From: Eledone cirrhosa
Taxonomy: Eukaryota
Assembly: GCA_964016885.1 (NCBI GenBank)
Contig: OZ024741.1
Location: 153,760,001 to 153,824,000, forward strand
Direction: 5' to 3'
DNA length: 64,000 nt
Shown: in pieces, positions 39,780 through 54,274 of the stretch
Numbering within the stretch: the first letter of the stretch is position 1
Layout of the letters: each line of letters starts with the position of its first letter
Position numbers and translations under genes: made by a program
Notes under the pieces: model-generated
Told to the model about the DNA's origin: nothing
Databases searched by the model: none
What the model saw: the letters and a program-made list of their open reading frames with translations, nothing else

Positions 39780-41085
39780 ATTATTTAAAAAAGAATTATA
39801 GGAAATCATAGACAGTGTCTTTCATTAGAAATATGGTAATGAAAGTGTTATAGTGTTCATATTTAACCAGATGCACTTTAATGTAATGGTTCAATGTGCT
39901 TGTCTAGCATTCAAAAGATGCATGGTTCAATTTCTGCAAGTACCTCCATTCCTTTTCCGTCTACAGGGGTATTTTACTCAAGTCAACTACCATTTATAGT
40001 TATCAACTATTACTTATAGTTGTCCACATTGTGGCCAACACATTTTAAAAGTTTATATTTAAATTTAAACCTATCATAATTTACAGAAAATTTTGAATAC
40101 CAAATCTTTCAAAATCCTTGATTATTTTAAAAACAATAATTGAAGGTCTTCTAAAGTCTGTCTTGAGCTTGGAGGCACATCAGGCTGGTGCTTATCCTGG
40201 TTTCCACCGCATGAAGCAACTGAAAGTACAAAACTTCCCCTTGGACAGGATGTCAGTCCATCATGGTTAAACCCCCAGCTGTAGCTGCTACTCATTTTCA
40301 GCCGAGTATACGTGAAATGAAGTATTTTGCTCAAGTCTAGGAATCGAACCCATGACATTATGATCATAAGTCCAACAACCTTATCACTAGACCATGGGAC
40401 TCCACTAATTGAAAATCATAGGCAGTTTATTTTATTATTAATATGGTAAGGAAAGAGTTAAATAAATTGACTAAGAACATTGGATTCGTCTGGATTACTC
40501 AAGTCCTGTCTTATGGAGTAGACTATTGTTCATCTTAAGGGGCATCAAATGATTTAATACCTGAAGAGTTTTCATACTTGACTTTTCCCTCTTTTAATGG
40601 TGATATTTTGGACATAGAACAATTTGTATAGACCAGTAATCTCCAACCTTTCACTACCAATGACCCCCTTTTATTTAAATGAATTTTCCCTACAGTCGAT
40701 AGCTGTAATTACTTTCCTCCCCATTGTTGTATGGTGAGAATAACAATTGAAAGAGTAACAGGTTTATACTGAGAAAAGAATGGCTACCCAATAATTTGTT
40801 TATAACAAAGTACTTAGAATTGTTATGCAGTGAGAATAACTAAAAAAATGAATTGTTTAAAGTTAGAGAATAATGTACACCTAATAGTGTGTGTGCATAT
40901 TATGTTTTTAACAAAGTACTTGGAGTTTTGAACTTAGCTCATGAACCCTCTCCTCAGCTCAGTAGTTTGTGGATCCAAGGTTGGGAATCATTGATTATGA
41001 GATTGGATATTCATGAATTAAACTTGTAATTTTCTAAGTTTGAATTTTTAAGGTTTACATTTAAAAAATTTTTTCTAATATTCAG

Positions 41086-41190
41086 AGAAACATGACGAAA
41101 TCTTTAAAAACTGAAGTAGTGGATTTCTCCAGTGGCATTCTATTTCCATTCTATGATCATGATAGTAAAGTGATATTCCTCGCTGGAAAG
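41086..41190 (+). CDS. CORO2: Coronin core exon 6 (RNMTKSLKTEVVDFSSGILFPFYDHDSKVIFLAGK)
   Basis: attcag| ... AAG|GTAAGA, 105 nt. SSGILFPFYD..LAGK motif. Confidence 0.96.
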
Positions 41191-41300
41191 GTAAGAAGCA
41201 ATTTAGGAACAATAAAAATCTGTTGTGAAATTTGTTTGAATTCATAACATTATACAGTAAACATGTTAATGTGTATCTTTTTTTTTCTCGATACGAATAG

Positions 41301-41397
41301 GGTGATGGTAATATTAGATACTATGAGATAGTGAGTGCTGCTCCCTTCTGCCACTATCTTAATCAGTTCCAATCTTCATCGCCACAAAGAAGTTTAG
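41301..41397 (+). CDS. CORO2: Coronin core exon 7 (GDGNIRYYEI...QSSSPQRSLG)
   Basis: gaatag| ... TTAG|GTAGGT, 97 nt, ends in phase 1. Completes the KGDGNIRYYE motif. Confidence 0.96.
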
Positions 41398-41494
41398 GTA
41401 GGTTGCTATTTGTATCAATTATGTATTTTATGTATTAAATTGTGATTACTACTTTAATAATTATCTGTTAATTAATGATATAAAAATAAAATAA

Positions 41495-41632
<138 letters not shown>

Positions 41633-41872
41633 TGATAAGATTTGAACAGCTGACTGTTCTGTTGGAAGAAGGTTCATCATTATTATCATTTAATATTAGG
41701 CAGTGGATTGGCAATGTCAGATAATTTGCTCTGCGGCATATAGTTACAGCCCTTTGTTCTGAGTTCAAATCCCACCGAGGTTAGCTTTGCCTTTCATCCT
41801 TACAGGATTGATAAAATAAAATACCAGTATTGCACTGGAGTTGATTCAATTGACTTTCAACTCCTTTTCAAA

Positions 41873-44196
41873 TTACTTGTAAGACAACTAAATAAACAGA
41901 CTGTAATAAATACTAAGGCTTTCCCTGTGGAAGAATACATTGCCCTATAGAAGTTATTTATTAGTGACATCAAAATAAATGCAAGACAGAACAAGATATG
42001 CAGGAAAATATGGAGACAGAGGGTTTGGAAGCTAAAGGACCTTTCAATTAAATATAGATTTGGAAAGGCCCTATAGGAGAGGTGATGTAGAGGACAACTA
42101 AAAATTTTTTCATAACAACCTTTTACAAACTATTGATGAGACTTGTGGCTGGAGTAGAGCACCAGCCAGACAGAAGGTGATCTGGTGGTGGAACAGCTCA
42201 GTGGATAAAGCCAAGCCATGAGACAGGCATGGTAAGACTGGAAAAATTGTGGTAGCAGAGACCGGAACCAGATAGCTAAGAGAGAAGCTAGACAACTGGT
42301 ATACACAGTTCAGAGAGAGGCTGAAGAAAGAAAGTTTGCCAACCTCTTGAGATGTGAGGATCAGAGATGCAAAGTGTTCTGCATTTAAAGACAGTGTGTC
42401 AGTGTCAATCATGATGTTGTTGGGGAAAATGTGTTAGAAACATCACCATTGTATTTAGCACCACTGATGCTCAAAAGAAAGAGACCTGGAAATGTTACTA
42501 TGAGAGATTGATGAATGTAGAAAATAAATGGGAGGAAAAGAAACTACCCCCAACCTACCCAACAGAAGAACCAGCCATTGAAGTTGACAGTTATAGGGTT
42601 AAACAAGCAATCAAAGAGATGAAAGATGGTAAAGCTGTGTGACCATCAGAGATAGTTGCTGAGATGCTAAAAACATTGGGAGAAGTAGGAGTCAAACTAG
42701 TAACCCACATAGTCAATCAGTTAATACAGAACAGAGCTATACCCAATGACTAGCACAGTACTACAATCATAAATTGCTACAAGGGCAAGAGTGATGTTCT
42801 AGAAAGGAGCAAATAGAGGAATAAAACTAATGGATTAAGTTATGAAAGTGACAGAATTTTAACACAGCTAATTAGGGAAAGAGTCAAATTAGATGAGATG
42901 TAGTTTGGTTTCATGCTTGGGGAAAGTACTACAGATGCTCTTTTTTTAGTGAGGCAACTACAAGAGAAGTTCCTAGCCAAATATAAGCCACTATATCTAA
43001 CTTTTGTTGATCTAAAAAAAGCCTTTGACAGAGTACCTCAATCTATTATATGGTGGTCCTTAAGGAAATATGGTGTAGAATAATAGCTTGTGAGAGCAGC
43101 ACAAGCCATATACAGAGGAGCTGTCAATAAAGTGAGAGTAGGAAGTGAGTTTAGTGATGGATTCAAGGCACAGGTAGGAGTTCATCAGGGTTTGGTTCTT
43201 ATCCCATTACTATTCCTTATATTCCAGGCTATAACAGAGGAGTCTAAGATTAGCTGCCCATGGGAAATTCTCTATGCAGATGATCTGGTCCTTATAACCG
43301 AATCCATTAAAGAACTAGAAAATAAGTTCCGACTATGGAAACAAAATTTGGAATCAAAAGGTCTGAGAGTAAACTTAGCCAAAACTAGACAGCTAGTAAG
43401 TAGAGGAGAAGATAGGACTAATTCCTTCAGGGAAATGGCCCTGCTCAATATATAGAAAGGGAGTAGGCATAAACTCCATATGATGTACATGAGATGTAGT
43501 GGAATAATGGGTAAACTAACAGGAAGGGAAGACTTCTTATGTAGAAGATGCACAGGGGTAACCGAGGGGAAGAGTGCCAGTGACAGGAAGGATCCATGAA
43601 AGTGGTTGATAGCTTCTGCTATCTTGGTGATTTAATTAGCAACAGAGTAAAGTGCTCCGAGAGCATAATAGCTAGAAAAAGGATAGGATGGAAAAGGTTT
43701 AGAGAGCTACTTCCACTGTTGACTATAAAAAGTTTCTCCCTACATACAAAAGGATAATTGTATGATGCCTGTTTGCGAAGTGCGATGCTGCATGGTAGTG
43801 AAACATAGGTTATGAATACTGAGGACATGCATAGACTGGAGAGAAATGAAGCAATCATCCTTTGTTGGATGTGCAATGTAAGTGTGAGAAAAAGGCAGAG
43901 CTTGGATGAGTTGAAGGAGAAGCTGGATTTAAGAGGAATCCAAGGTGGTGTACAAGAGAGAAGATTACATTGGACATGTGATACACACGGACAATGATCA
44001 CTGGGTGACGAATTGCAGGAAGCCACAGTAGAGGTAGACGAAGAAAGACCTGGGCTGAGGTTGTGAGAGCTGACCTCAAAACGCTGAGACTCACAAGAGT
44101 AGATGATGAAGGAACGCAACAAGTAGAGACATGCTGTCCTGAGAAGGACCCGTCCAACCCATGTAAGCATGAAAAAATGGACGTAAAAACGATGAT
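41873..44196 (+). mobile_element. Second, more decayed RTE-clade LINE of a related family
   Basis: Collinear with 30287-32812 (GVHQG, LYADDLVL, WMCNV, 3' ccgtccaacccatg...ggacgtaaaaacgatgat). Many stops. Confidence 0.93.
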
Positions 44197-44433
44197 CAGA
44201 AAGTTGTAGGTTTGATTTCTGGACTGGGTGGTGTGTTGTTCTTGAGCAAAAGATTCATTTCACATTGCTTTTCATGATAGGACTGGGGCACCTATAATTA
44301 AAACATCCAAGAAATCTCCTGTGAGATATAACTTCATTTGAGGCTAGCTAAACTGATAGGTGTAAATTTTATTTTTTTTTTAAATTTCCATATATTCTAT
44401 TAATCTGTATATTTATTTATATTTAAATTCCAG

Positions 44434-44547
44434 TCTGATCAGTTCCAAGATGACATATTTCCTCCAACAGCCAGTTGTGTTCCTTCCCTCACAGCTGATG
44501 AATGGATTAGTGGACAAAACAGAGAACCAATTTTAGTTTCACTCCAA
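44434..44547 (+). CDS. CORO2: Coronin core exon 9 (SDQFQDDIFPPTA...LTADEWISGQNREPILVSLQ)
   Basis: ttccag| ... CAA|GTCAGT, 114 nt. Conserved coronin C-terminal extension. Confidence 0.95.
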
Positions 44548-45056
44548 GTCAGTATATCATTATTGTTACTGTTATTATCATGGTTTATTTATATAAACTC
44601 TCTTCTCTTTCTACTTAACTCATGGTGTATAGGATTCTTGTGTTTCATATTAAATAAACTGGTAAATATAGAATAAAAAAAAAAAGATCAATAGAAACCA
44701 ATAAATGTAATTATTCCATACAAAACACTCCTCAACAACAAAATACAACAAACCTAAACTAATCAAAATACACCACACAAAATACAATTACCCAGTTAAA
44801 TAAAATTAAAATTAATGCCACAACAGAAAACTCCTTTGTTCCAGAGATGTTTCATCAGGAGTCTTAGTTCGCTTAGTGATTCAAGAACAAGGACATGATA
44901 CCACAAACCTTTGAATATCTAATGTAGTTTCACAGCCATAGTAAAGTATGCATCATTTTACTCATGTATTAAATTTAGTTTCTCCCATTCTACATATCTC
45001 TTTCTCTCTCTCACTCTGTGTTTTTGAGTATATATATGTATATATATTTATAGTTA

Positions 45057-45150
45057 CCTTTTGGCTTTATGCCAGGTAGAGATACTACTGATGCCCTTTT
45101 TCTGGTGAGACAACTGCAGAAGTACTTAGCTAAGAGTAAACCACTGTACA
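45057..45150 (+). mobile_element. Small internal RTE RT fragment
   Basis: FGFMPGRDTTDALFLVRQLQ..KYLAKSKPLY, homologous to about 31285-31380. Confidence 0.75.
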
Positions 45151-46699
45151 GAGTGTACTGGATGTATTTGTGTCGCAAACACTAGAGAGGTTGTCATGCT
45201 CTTGACACAACTGAAGAATCCTCTCAACCCTTTTTTTGGCATATATATATATACACTTTACCAGCCACTTATAAATATACAAACTTTTGACTATTTCTAT
45301 ACTTTATACAACTTTAACTTGACTTAATCTTTATTTTTCAGTGTCTGTTATTAGATTTGAAAACAAAAGCTGTAACAGAGAAAATGACCCTAACTCTTTT
45401 GATACTAAACTATCTGATGAAACTTAGTTTTATTATACAAAGTTGTTTATTTTATCTAAAAACCTTCTATCATAATTTTCTCTTTGTAAAATTATATTAT
45501 AAACACCAGAGAAAGTTACTAATATTACTAAATCTCTCCAAATTCTTAATTATTTGAAATTTATAGGCAGTGTTTTTTGTTAGAAATATGGTGATTGAAA
45601 GGGTTAAATATTTGTAGTTATATACTGGGGTTAATATGATCGACTAACTTCCTCACCATAAATTTCTATCCTTGTGCCTATGTTAGAAACGATTATTATA
45701 AGTAGGGAAGTTATTATTATTATTATGGTTAATTATATCTATCAACTTAGTAATTGTATGTAACACATCCAGTTTAATTTGTTCACAAATTCAGTTTACT
45801 TGACGACAGAAGCATTAACTAGGGATGTTTTCAGTACAGCCCTAAATAATTGCTTGATAGTTTTATTGTCAGTTTTGAAAGGGATACCAGTTTTGTTAGC
45901 TGCTGTCAAGTCTAATATTAATCAACCCAACCTCTATAATTATATAATGCCAGCTGAACATAACTTTGTAATTGTGCAAACAAAAAAATATATATATAAA
46001 AACTGCTTGGAACTGTTTAAAATCATATATTAGAAGTCTTACTGAAGTTTAATAAAAACATTTTGTCACTTAAACTTCTGAAATAATGACATTCTTTCAT
46101 TATCATATTTCTATGGTTTTAGAAATAATCAAGAATTTAGAGGGATTTAATAATATAACTTTCTCATTATTAAGCTGATGATTGGAAGATAACTTAAAGG
46201 TTCTTACATAAAATTATGATGGAAGGTTTTTAGATAATTATAAACACTTTAAAATAAACTGCTTTATCTGGTAGAACCAGTTGCAGTTTCAGTTAGTTTT
46301 GTATCAAATTAGTTCAACATTTAAAATAAGATGATAAACCATGCAATTTGTGTTTATTATTCAAATATTGAAAAACAGAAAAATAATTAATAAATTAAAA
46401 GTAAATGTAATGAGCAATGGGAGGCTACAGTGTTGGTGATCAGACAATGTAGGGTTTGCAAGGACTCTTCAGTCTCATTGATAATGTAACAAACTCTCTA
46501 TTGCTAGTATCCTGACAAAACGCACCCAGTACACCCTAGAAAATATTAGTATTGGTGCCATGAAAAATGCACCCAGCACACTCTGTAAAGTGGTAGTGGT
46601 GGGGCCATGAAAAAATGTACTCAGTACACCCTACCTAAACTTATCTATCTATTTGCCTGGTCATGCAAACCCAGGCACTCCCAAAAAGGGACTTCCAGT

Positions 46700-46985
46700 A
46701 GACATGATTGTCTGTAGCAGTTGGTAGATTCTCTAATTCTATACCAGTTGGCTGATGTACATAGTGAAGTCTTCTTCTGAATCTTTTACCATGAGTAGGT
46801 TCCCATAGCAATAACTGATGTATTGCTTCATCTTTGCTTCTTCAACAGTGACCAATGAACCTAGTTTTTGTTGATGTCATGCAATTGTAATTGGTGGTAG
46901 ATTGCCATAAAGTTCAGCACTAGTTCTATTTTCCCTCCATGATGTTTTGGGTGCTGCTTATAACTATCTTCTGATAAATGCCTAA
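46700..46985 (-). mobile_element. Decayed RTE-type LINE 3' fragment from a different family
   Basis: Minus-strand pieces read ELYGNLPPIT, RFIGHC.RSKDEAIHQLLLWEPTHGKR and YISQL. Confidence 0.7.
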
Positions 46986-49312
46986 AATACATAGGATGAT
47001 ATTAATGAGGTATTCAAAAAATCAAAAGTGAGGGTGTGAAAATTCTAGAAAAAAAACTGCTGTTCTCTCATTCATTAATAATAAAATTAAAAAGTGAATA
47101 AAAAAAGAAGTATGAATGGAAGATAGAAAGTCTGTTTCTGAGTCCAACTCTCAAATGTCAAGTATAAGGAGGAATGTAATGTTTGCAATAAATACTAATT
47201 AGGTAAATAATGTACTGAAAGTGTTAAGATATTTAACATGGTGAAGATATATAAGTAGAGAGCTTTCTACATTCCCACTGTCTTCCTCAATGTTTAGCAT
47301 TCTAACTGATGTAAAAATATTGCACTCAAAGAGGAAATTTGTAAGCCTAACAAATTCAGATAAATGAAGACATCATTATCATCATTATGGCTGTTTTCTC
47401 CATACTTGTATGGGTTGAATGTAGTCTTTTTTATTTTAAGACAGCTTTTTTCTATAGCTGGATGCTCTAACAGACACCAGCCCTTTATTATTTTAAGTAT
47501 GGTATGTACTGCCTATGTCTGTCACACTGCTATATTGCTGAACATATTGATATGGAGAACATAAACATTATTGCTTGCTTTTTCAATGGTGTTGATATAA
47601 AAATGTTTGCAGTGATTGCCTTGCATGTGCACATACTCACACATACATATGACAAGCTTCCACACAGTTTCCACCTACCAAATTCACTGACAAGGCATTG
47701 GTTGGCCCAAGGCTATAGCAGTCACTTAGCCAAGGTGCTGTGCTGGGAGACTGAACCTCAAATTAAATGGCTCTAAAGTAAACTTCTTGACAACTCAGCC
47801 ATGCCAAAATATGTTGATACAATATATTTATTCCTTGTGAAACATTACACTATGATTCACTCAACAAGAAAGTAAATTTCAAATAATGTAAATATTTAAT
47901 ATCTAATTTCATGGTATGTATCCATGAAATTCTTTGTTTATGCTTTAAAAAATTTTTTCTTTTGTCTTAGCTTACTTGATTTTAAATTTCATCATTGTCA
48001 TTTTACAATCAATTTTTCATACTGAAATAGGTTGGGTGTGTAGTTAGATTTGGCTAAAAATGATGGAGGAGGAAATGAAATGCAGGGTGTTGGCAAGTGG
48101 GTGGGGATGCAACTGCTAGGCTAAAATGGTGAAGCTTGTAATGGTCGCTGCAAGGTTAGTGACTACTTTAATAAGAAAGATGACCTTAAAATGCTTGTTG
48201 TTTTTTCTGTTTAAAAAGTGGAAGGAATTAGTGAAGTATTTTAATACCAGAAATAAGAACATTGAAATTTCATAGATACCAATTGCAACATTTTAAGAAT
48301 ATACAAAGGAAAAAAACTGGTTTCATATACAACTAGGAAAAAAACCAAAAAAACCATAACTAGAATTTATTGAGAGAGGGAGCATTGAACAAAATATCTT
48401 GCAGTATTTGTTTTGGTTAACTCCACTCAAAGTTTAAATCTGGCCAATGTCATTTTTGCCTTTCATCTTTTCAGAGTCACTAAAATAAAGCACAAGTTGA
48501 GGATGATATATTGATGTAATTGTTTGAAATGCCTTGGGATATTTGTTCTGGCTTTTTGTTCTGAGTTCAAATCCTACTTTAGCCCAGTTGGGTGGTAGAC
48601 TTGATCCATCATCACATGGCCCTTTAGGAGAGTCCACTTAGCTGGAAGCTTTTGGGGATACCTTCATCCTTTCCTCTCACCAGTCTTGGAGGCTTTGAAA
48701 AGGGTCATGGGGATTGCCCTTCCCTTCTTCATTAAACAGTAAAAAACAACAACAAAAAATAAATGTGATAGTTTATAGGTTCAAACATTACTGGAGATTC
48801 TAAGGGTTGAGTTAGATTCCAAATTTTATAAATGTATGTATGAACCCTTAATTTTGGTTGGAGTCAAAGGAGCAGAGTTGTGACATATGGCTATCATGGG
48901 CATTTTAAACCTGGCAAAATCCATCTCCTCTCCATGTCTGAATAGAGCCAATTTCTTCCAGAAAATAAGAAAGAGATATATTGGAAGAATCAACTGCAAT
49001 ACTAGACTGGTACTTTTTTTATCAACCTCAAAAAGATGAAAGGCAAAGTTGACCGTAGCGGGGTTTAAACTCAAAGAGCACAGAGAGCTAAAATGAATAC
49101 TGCAAAGCATCCTATCCAATGTTCTAATGACTTTACCAATTTGCCACCCCAATTTTATAACTAAATAAATGTAAAGATCTGTTTTATATATGTAAATTTA
49201 ACATTTCTGAAGATCAGACCCATATTTGAAATTTCTTTTTGTGCTGAATATAATCTGTTAAGCCAGATTTAGATTGTTTCATTATTTTTTCTCCCCTCCT
49301 AAGGATGGTCAA

Positions 49313-49512
49313 NNNNNNNNNNNNNNNNNNNNNNNNNNNNNNNNNNNNNNNNNNNNNNNNNNNNNNNNNNNNNNNNNNNNNNNNNNNNNNNNNNNNNNNN
49401 NNNNNNNNNNNNNNNNNNNNNNNNNNNNNNNNNNNNNNNNNNNNNNNNNNNNNNNNNNNNNNNNNNNNNNNNNNNNNNNNNNNNNNNNNNNNNNNNNNNN
49501 NNNNNNNNNNNN
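49313..49512. other. Assembly gap (200 N)
   Basis: Run of N. Confidence 1.
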
Positions 49513-49599
49513 CTGTCATTATAGTCAGTCTTTATTTGTGTTATCTATATGTTGAAGGACACAGAAATACACACACTTACAGGAACACACACACACACA

Positions 49600-49736
49600 A
49601 ACAACAACAAAAAATTCTGTATTTTCGTTGTTCAGATGTTACATTTTAGTTAGAGAGAGGGGGGGGGTGCAGTAGTATTTTCCTCTATATAGAGGGCATG
49701 ACGGATGGACAGACACAGCTCTTATTATAGTATAGA
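49600..49736 (-). mobile_element. 5' end of a second non-autonomous Helitron running toward the gap
   Basis: Minus strand A|TCTATACTATAATAAGAGCTGTGTCTGTCCATCCGTC is a typical Helitron 5' end. The 3' end is not visible. Confidence 0.6.
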
Positions 49737-51032
49737 TTATTAATTTTTTGTTAAGTCTGGAGGAAGGGGCTGTGCCCAAGACTTTTACAGGTCTTTTGAA
49801 ACCGAGAAAAGTGTTATCTCTGAAATTAACACCTACCCAAACTATTTTGACTTCTACTTCAATACCAGTATTTATCCAGAGTCAGAGGTTTTATGGTATA
49901 CGTTTCCAGAAAACAACTCTTCTGATATCACACTTCTTGTCAACATTTCTCAAAAGATGGAAATAATCATTAATCCTTTTGTGATCATATTTCTAATGAG
50001 ATATACTATTTGAATTAATTAATGAAGAATTTAGAGGGATTTACTAAAATGATCAATTATTTCATAATTAAGATAGTAATTGTAACATAACATAACTAAT
50101 GGTTCTTATATAAAATTATGTTGGAAGGTTTTAATATAAGATCCTTTCAAAATGGGTGGGTTTGTTTTCAAGGAAGAGAGGTTGGGTGGTAAGAAAAAGG
50201 TTAATGGTCTTACAATATCTTTAATCTGACCTAATTTGTTTGGTGTGTTCCCAGAAGAAATCCCTGCATCTGACACGTTTATCATACCATGTTGAGCTAT
50301 ATGGAGGGCATTAACTATCATGAAGGACTTCTCAATCACGATTAACCCCATCTGACATGTTTGCTATACTATATCCTAACTATATGAGGACACTCACTAT
50401 TATTTATACAGTTATCCCAATTTTCCAGTTCACTGCATTCTTTAAATCCAGTATTCTGTATACCTTTATTTTTAATCAACCAATCATGCTAAACATTTCT
50501 CTTGCTCCATCATTGACGATCTTTTTGTGAGATTTCCAATGGAGATTTCATGTTCCAGGATACTAATCTTATTTTTAGTTGCTTCAAGTATTTTAACAAA
50601 AGCACTTTCCAAAATAAACTATGGAATAGGCCTGTAGTTCTTGTCTAACACTTGAATGATTTGATATTTATGAAGAAATTTAATTTATGATTTAATTATT
50701 GTATTTATTATTTGGCTTATTAACCCTTTAGCATTTAAACTGGCTGTATCCGGCCAGAGTTCTCTCACCTCTTTCTGTTCAAAATGGCCGTACTGGCCTC
50801 ATACTGATGTTAAGGTATTGTTCTCAAAATAAATAATATCTAAATCTCATAGATTTGATATTATGTGAGATATTATGTCAGATAAAGTGTATACCGTGAA
50901 AATATAGTAGTATATATAGAATAATGTTAATACTAAAGGGTTGAATGCTATGTTTATAGTTGGCTTATTGTTATTTGTCATGTAATTATTTTTTGAATGA
51001 ATATTTATAAAAAGCTGCAATCATATTTTTAG

Positions 51033-51223
51033 GATGGAGCCTTAAAACAAATACCAACCATAACCACTTTTAAGGCTGTCAACCGCCCTCCCTTGGCTCG
51101 TTCCTGTACATTACCTACAGCTCAAGTTCCTCCCAGTGTTAACACAGAAATTAATAAGGAACCAGCATCTTTGAAAAACATAAAAAGACTCAGTTCTAAT
51201 GATGAATTTCTTACCTTATCAAG
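51033..51223 (+). CDS. CORO2: Coronin exon 10, start of the unique linker (DGALKQIPTITTFKAVNRPPLARSCTLP...)
   Basis: tttttag|GAT ... AAG|GTAAAT, 191 nt open frame, phase 0 to 2, matching the next exon. Confidence 0.85.
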
Positions 51224-51379
51224 GTAAATTATTTTAATTCTTAAATAATCAAATTCAGACTTACCTAGAAAAGAAATTTGCATATAATGTTTAACTTTAT
51301 ATCTATGATAAACAGAATATAACATTACTATCTTTATCAGTTTTATTTGTCATGTACTAGATGAATTTTTATTTTACAG

Positions 51380-51560
51380 TGATCCTGCAAATAATACATG
51401 TAACGCTGAAAACCAAGGGGAGGGTGATATATCAACAGCTAAGGAATCTGCTAATAAAACCCCCGAAAAAGTAATGAGAAAATCTTGGGCTCCATCCTCT
51501 AATTCTAGCTCTGCTGATGATGTCACATCAAATGGTATTGTCTCCTCCTCACCTGTCGAT
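51380..51560 (+). CDS. CORO2: Coronin exon 11, Ser/Thr-rich linker (DPANNTCNAENQGEG...RKSWAPSS...SSSPVD)
   Basis: tttacag|T ... GAT|GTAAGT, 181 nt, phase 2 to 0, open frame. Confidence 0.85.
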
Positions 51561-51814
51561 GTAAGTAGTAATTACCTAAGTAATATCAACTCTCCTCTCT
51601 GATCCACTCAAATGTGTATGTTGATGTGTGTGTGTGTGTGTATAGGGTCTAAGGAATGCCAGGCAAATGTAAGGATGTATTATCTCCAGTAAAATGATCT
51701 GTTCAAGTTTGAAGCCAGTTGGCATTAAGGCCTGAGGAATGCTGAGCCAATGTAGTGGTGTATTATCTTCAATATGTGTATATTGGTGTGTATATATATA
51801 TATATATGTGTGTC

Positions 51815-51859
<45 letters not shown>

Positions 51860-52221
51860 TATATACACAGACACACACGCACACACATATGTATATACAT
51901 ATGAATAATATGAGTAAAACTGAAATAATGTTGACATGTTTATTCTATGCATTTATGAACACAATATTTTGCTTCAGTTTATTCAAGGTATATATTTATG
52001 CAAGCAAGCATGCACTTGCACCAATATTCTTTTCAATATATATTTGCTAATAAGCATGGGCAAGCATGAACAATACTGAATTTGGCTGAACTCCTCATTG
52101 GATAGAGTCAATGTGGTTAATTTATAGAATAGGAATGTCATTTTTTTACACTTAATTTTAACTCCAAAATTTAGAGATTTAAAATGACAAACAAAAAACA
52201 ACAAAGGTTAGTGCCAGCATA

Positions 52222-53126
52222 TCTATATATATATAAAACTGAGGATGTCTGTGTGTGTGAGTGTGTTTGAATCCCTAAAACTCGAGAACCACCCAACCGA
52301 CTGTTTTCAAATTTTACACATGTAATACTTATGTTTCAGGGAGTGTTCGAGCAAAAACAATTTCAAATTTTCAATGCACTAGGGACCGCATTAGGTGATT
52401 TAGCGATCGCTCTCTATAATTCTTAGTCTTTCTCTTTTTAGATAGATACATACATATAATGTTGCGCCCTTATAATATTTGTCTGTATGTCTGGCTGTCT
52501 GCATTACGTCACTTCCCTGACGATGTCTGTATGTATGTGTGTGTGTGTCTGTGACTTTGAATACCTAAAACTTGAGAAGTACCCAACCGACTTTTTTCAA
52601 ACTTTACATGTGTATTACTTATGTTTCAGGGAGTGTTATGCACATAAAAAAAATTCAACTTTTTAATCCCCTATGGACCGCATTAGGTGAAAAACTGCGT
52701 TTTTTCAGGTTTTTAGGGGCTTTTTGAGGCGTTACGTCAGACCGATTTCCTTGAAATTGTAACTATGTATTAGTCAGTCTCTTCTTCATACCATGAGCAA
52801 AGAAAATCTAACTTTTTTATGGCCTGGGACCCACATTAGGTGAAAAACTTCATTTTTTTCAGCTTTTTAGGGCTTTTTTGAGGCGTTACGTCTAGCCAAT
52901 TTTCCCGAAATTTCAAGGCGTATTATGCACATAAAAAAAAAATTCATTTTCTTGATCAGGTGAAAACCTGCATTTTTCCTGCTTCATCGAGGAAAATCTT
53001 AAAGATTATCCAGCGATCAGAGTATTCGGTTTATTTTCTTTACATATTGTCCACGCATGCAGTTTTTCCACGATTAGGTCTGTTCCAAAATACCTTATCC
53101 CGTGCAACGCCAGGTACCACTGCTAG
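52222..53126 (+). mobile_element. Non-autonomous Helitron
   Basis: Sits between A and T. 5' end TCTATATATATAAAA followed by a GT-rich microsatellite; 3' end cccgtgcaacgccagg imperfect hairpin then CTAG. No TSD. Internal tandem duplications. Confidence 0.88.
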
Positions 53127-54274
53127 TAAAATATAAAGGAATTGTCAGGAGTAAAAAAGAAAACAAAAAAAAGAAAAAACAAAATAGAAAGTTAAACGTT
53201 TAGAAAGTTAAAGGTAAATAATTTTACTGTGTAAAGAAGAAGCAGAGGGAAGTTGGATGTTTCGGAAAGTGGTTCTTCATCAAGGAATACAAAAGAAAAA
53301 GAAAAAAGTTTCATAAAAACATTGTTATAGTGTTAAGTGACTGGTGGTCAGAAGTGAGTAGAAGAGAATATTTCACAGCCAAAAGGGAGACAACAGGTGA
53401 GCTAGTTTAGTGGGGAAGTTATTATAGCAACAAGGGAGGCATGGTTAGTTATGGCAGATAATGTCTGAGAACTGTGATGTTTGTGTGTGAGTGTGTGGGG
53501 CGAGGTAAATGATCATGGTGGATAACATAGAGCAGGAGAAAGGCCAAAGGGTAAGGTTAGCCTCATTGTTTTTAGTAACATAAAAAAGATAGATCATCTT
53601 TGTTGGTTTTAAATCCAATTTTGCATGATGGTTGTAAGAAGGCTGGATCTTATCCCAGCTTTGTGGAGTTGGGCCACTGAATATACAAGACACTAGTTTG
53701 ACACAAGGTTAACCTCAGCTGCAGCTATTACTCAGTTTCTGCTGAATGAACTGAAATAACATGGAATGAAGTACCTTGCTCAAGGATACAATATACTGTT
53801 CTGTCGGAAGGTCAAATCAATAACCTTACAGTTGTGAGACAAACACTCTGGTCACATAATCTGCAAATCTTCCAGTTACAGATGAGTATTCTTATTGCTT
53901 AGTAGTGTAATTTTGTTTCTGAACTCTAAGGAATATAGGTTCATAAGAACCATTTTCATCAGCATCATCATTAACATCACATAATGTCTGTTTTTCCCTG
54001 TTAGCAAGGGTTAGATTGGTTATCACAGGCCAAGTCAGTACTTAATTGATGTCACTGATCTTTCAGATGGACTGGGGTCTCACATCTCACTTTCATAAGC
54101 CCCCTGCACTTAATATTTGGACTGTGAATGATGACATAAATAAGATACTCACATATGTGAAATGAAGATTAATTAAATCTGTTTTTAATTAGAAATAACT
54201 TGGTTCAGTTTATTAGAAATTGTACCTAGTGACCATTGCTGTATTTATTTGCACTAATTACATTTACTCTGCAG

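Noticed and set aside
49214-49649. ORFs containing X runs
   Set aside because: Artefacts of the 200-N gap.
49748-49966. 72-aa ORF as an extra coronin exon
   Set aside because: No convincing splice pair. Exon 9 (..VSLQ) joins exon 10 (DG..) as expected for coronins.
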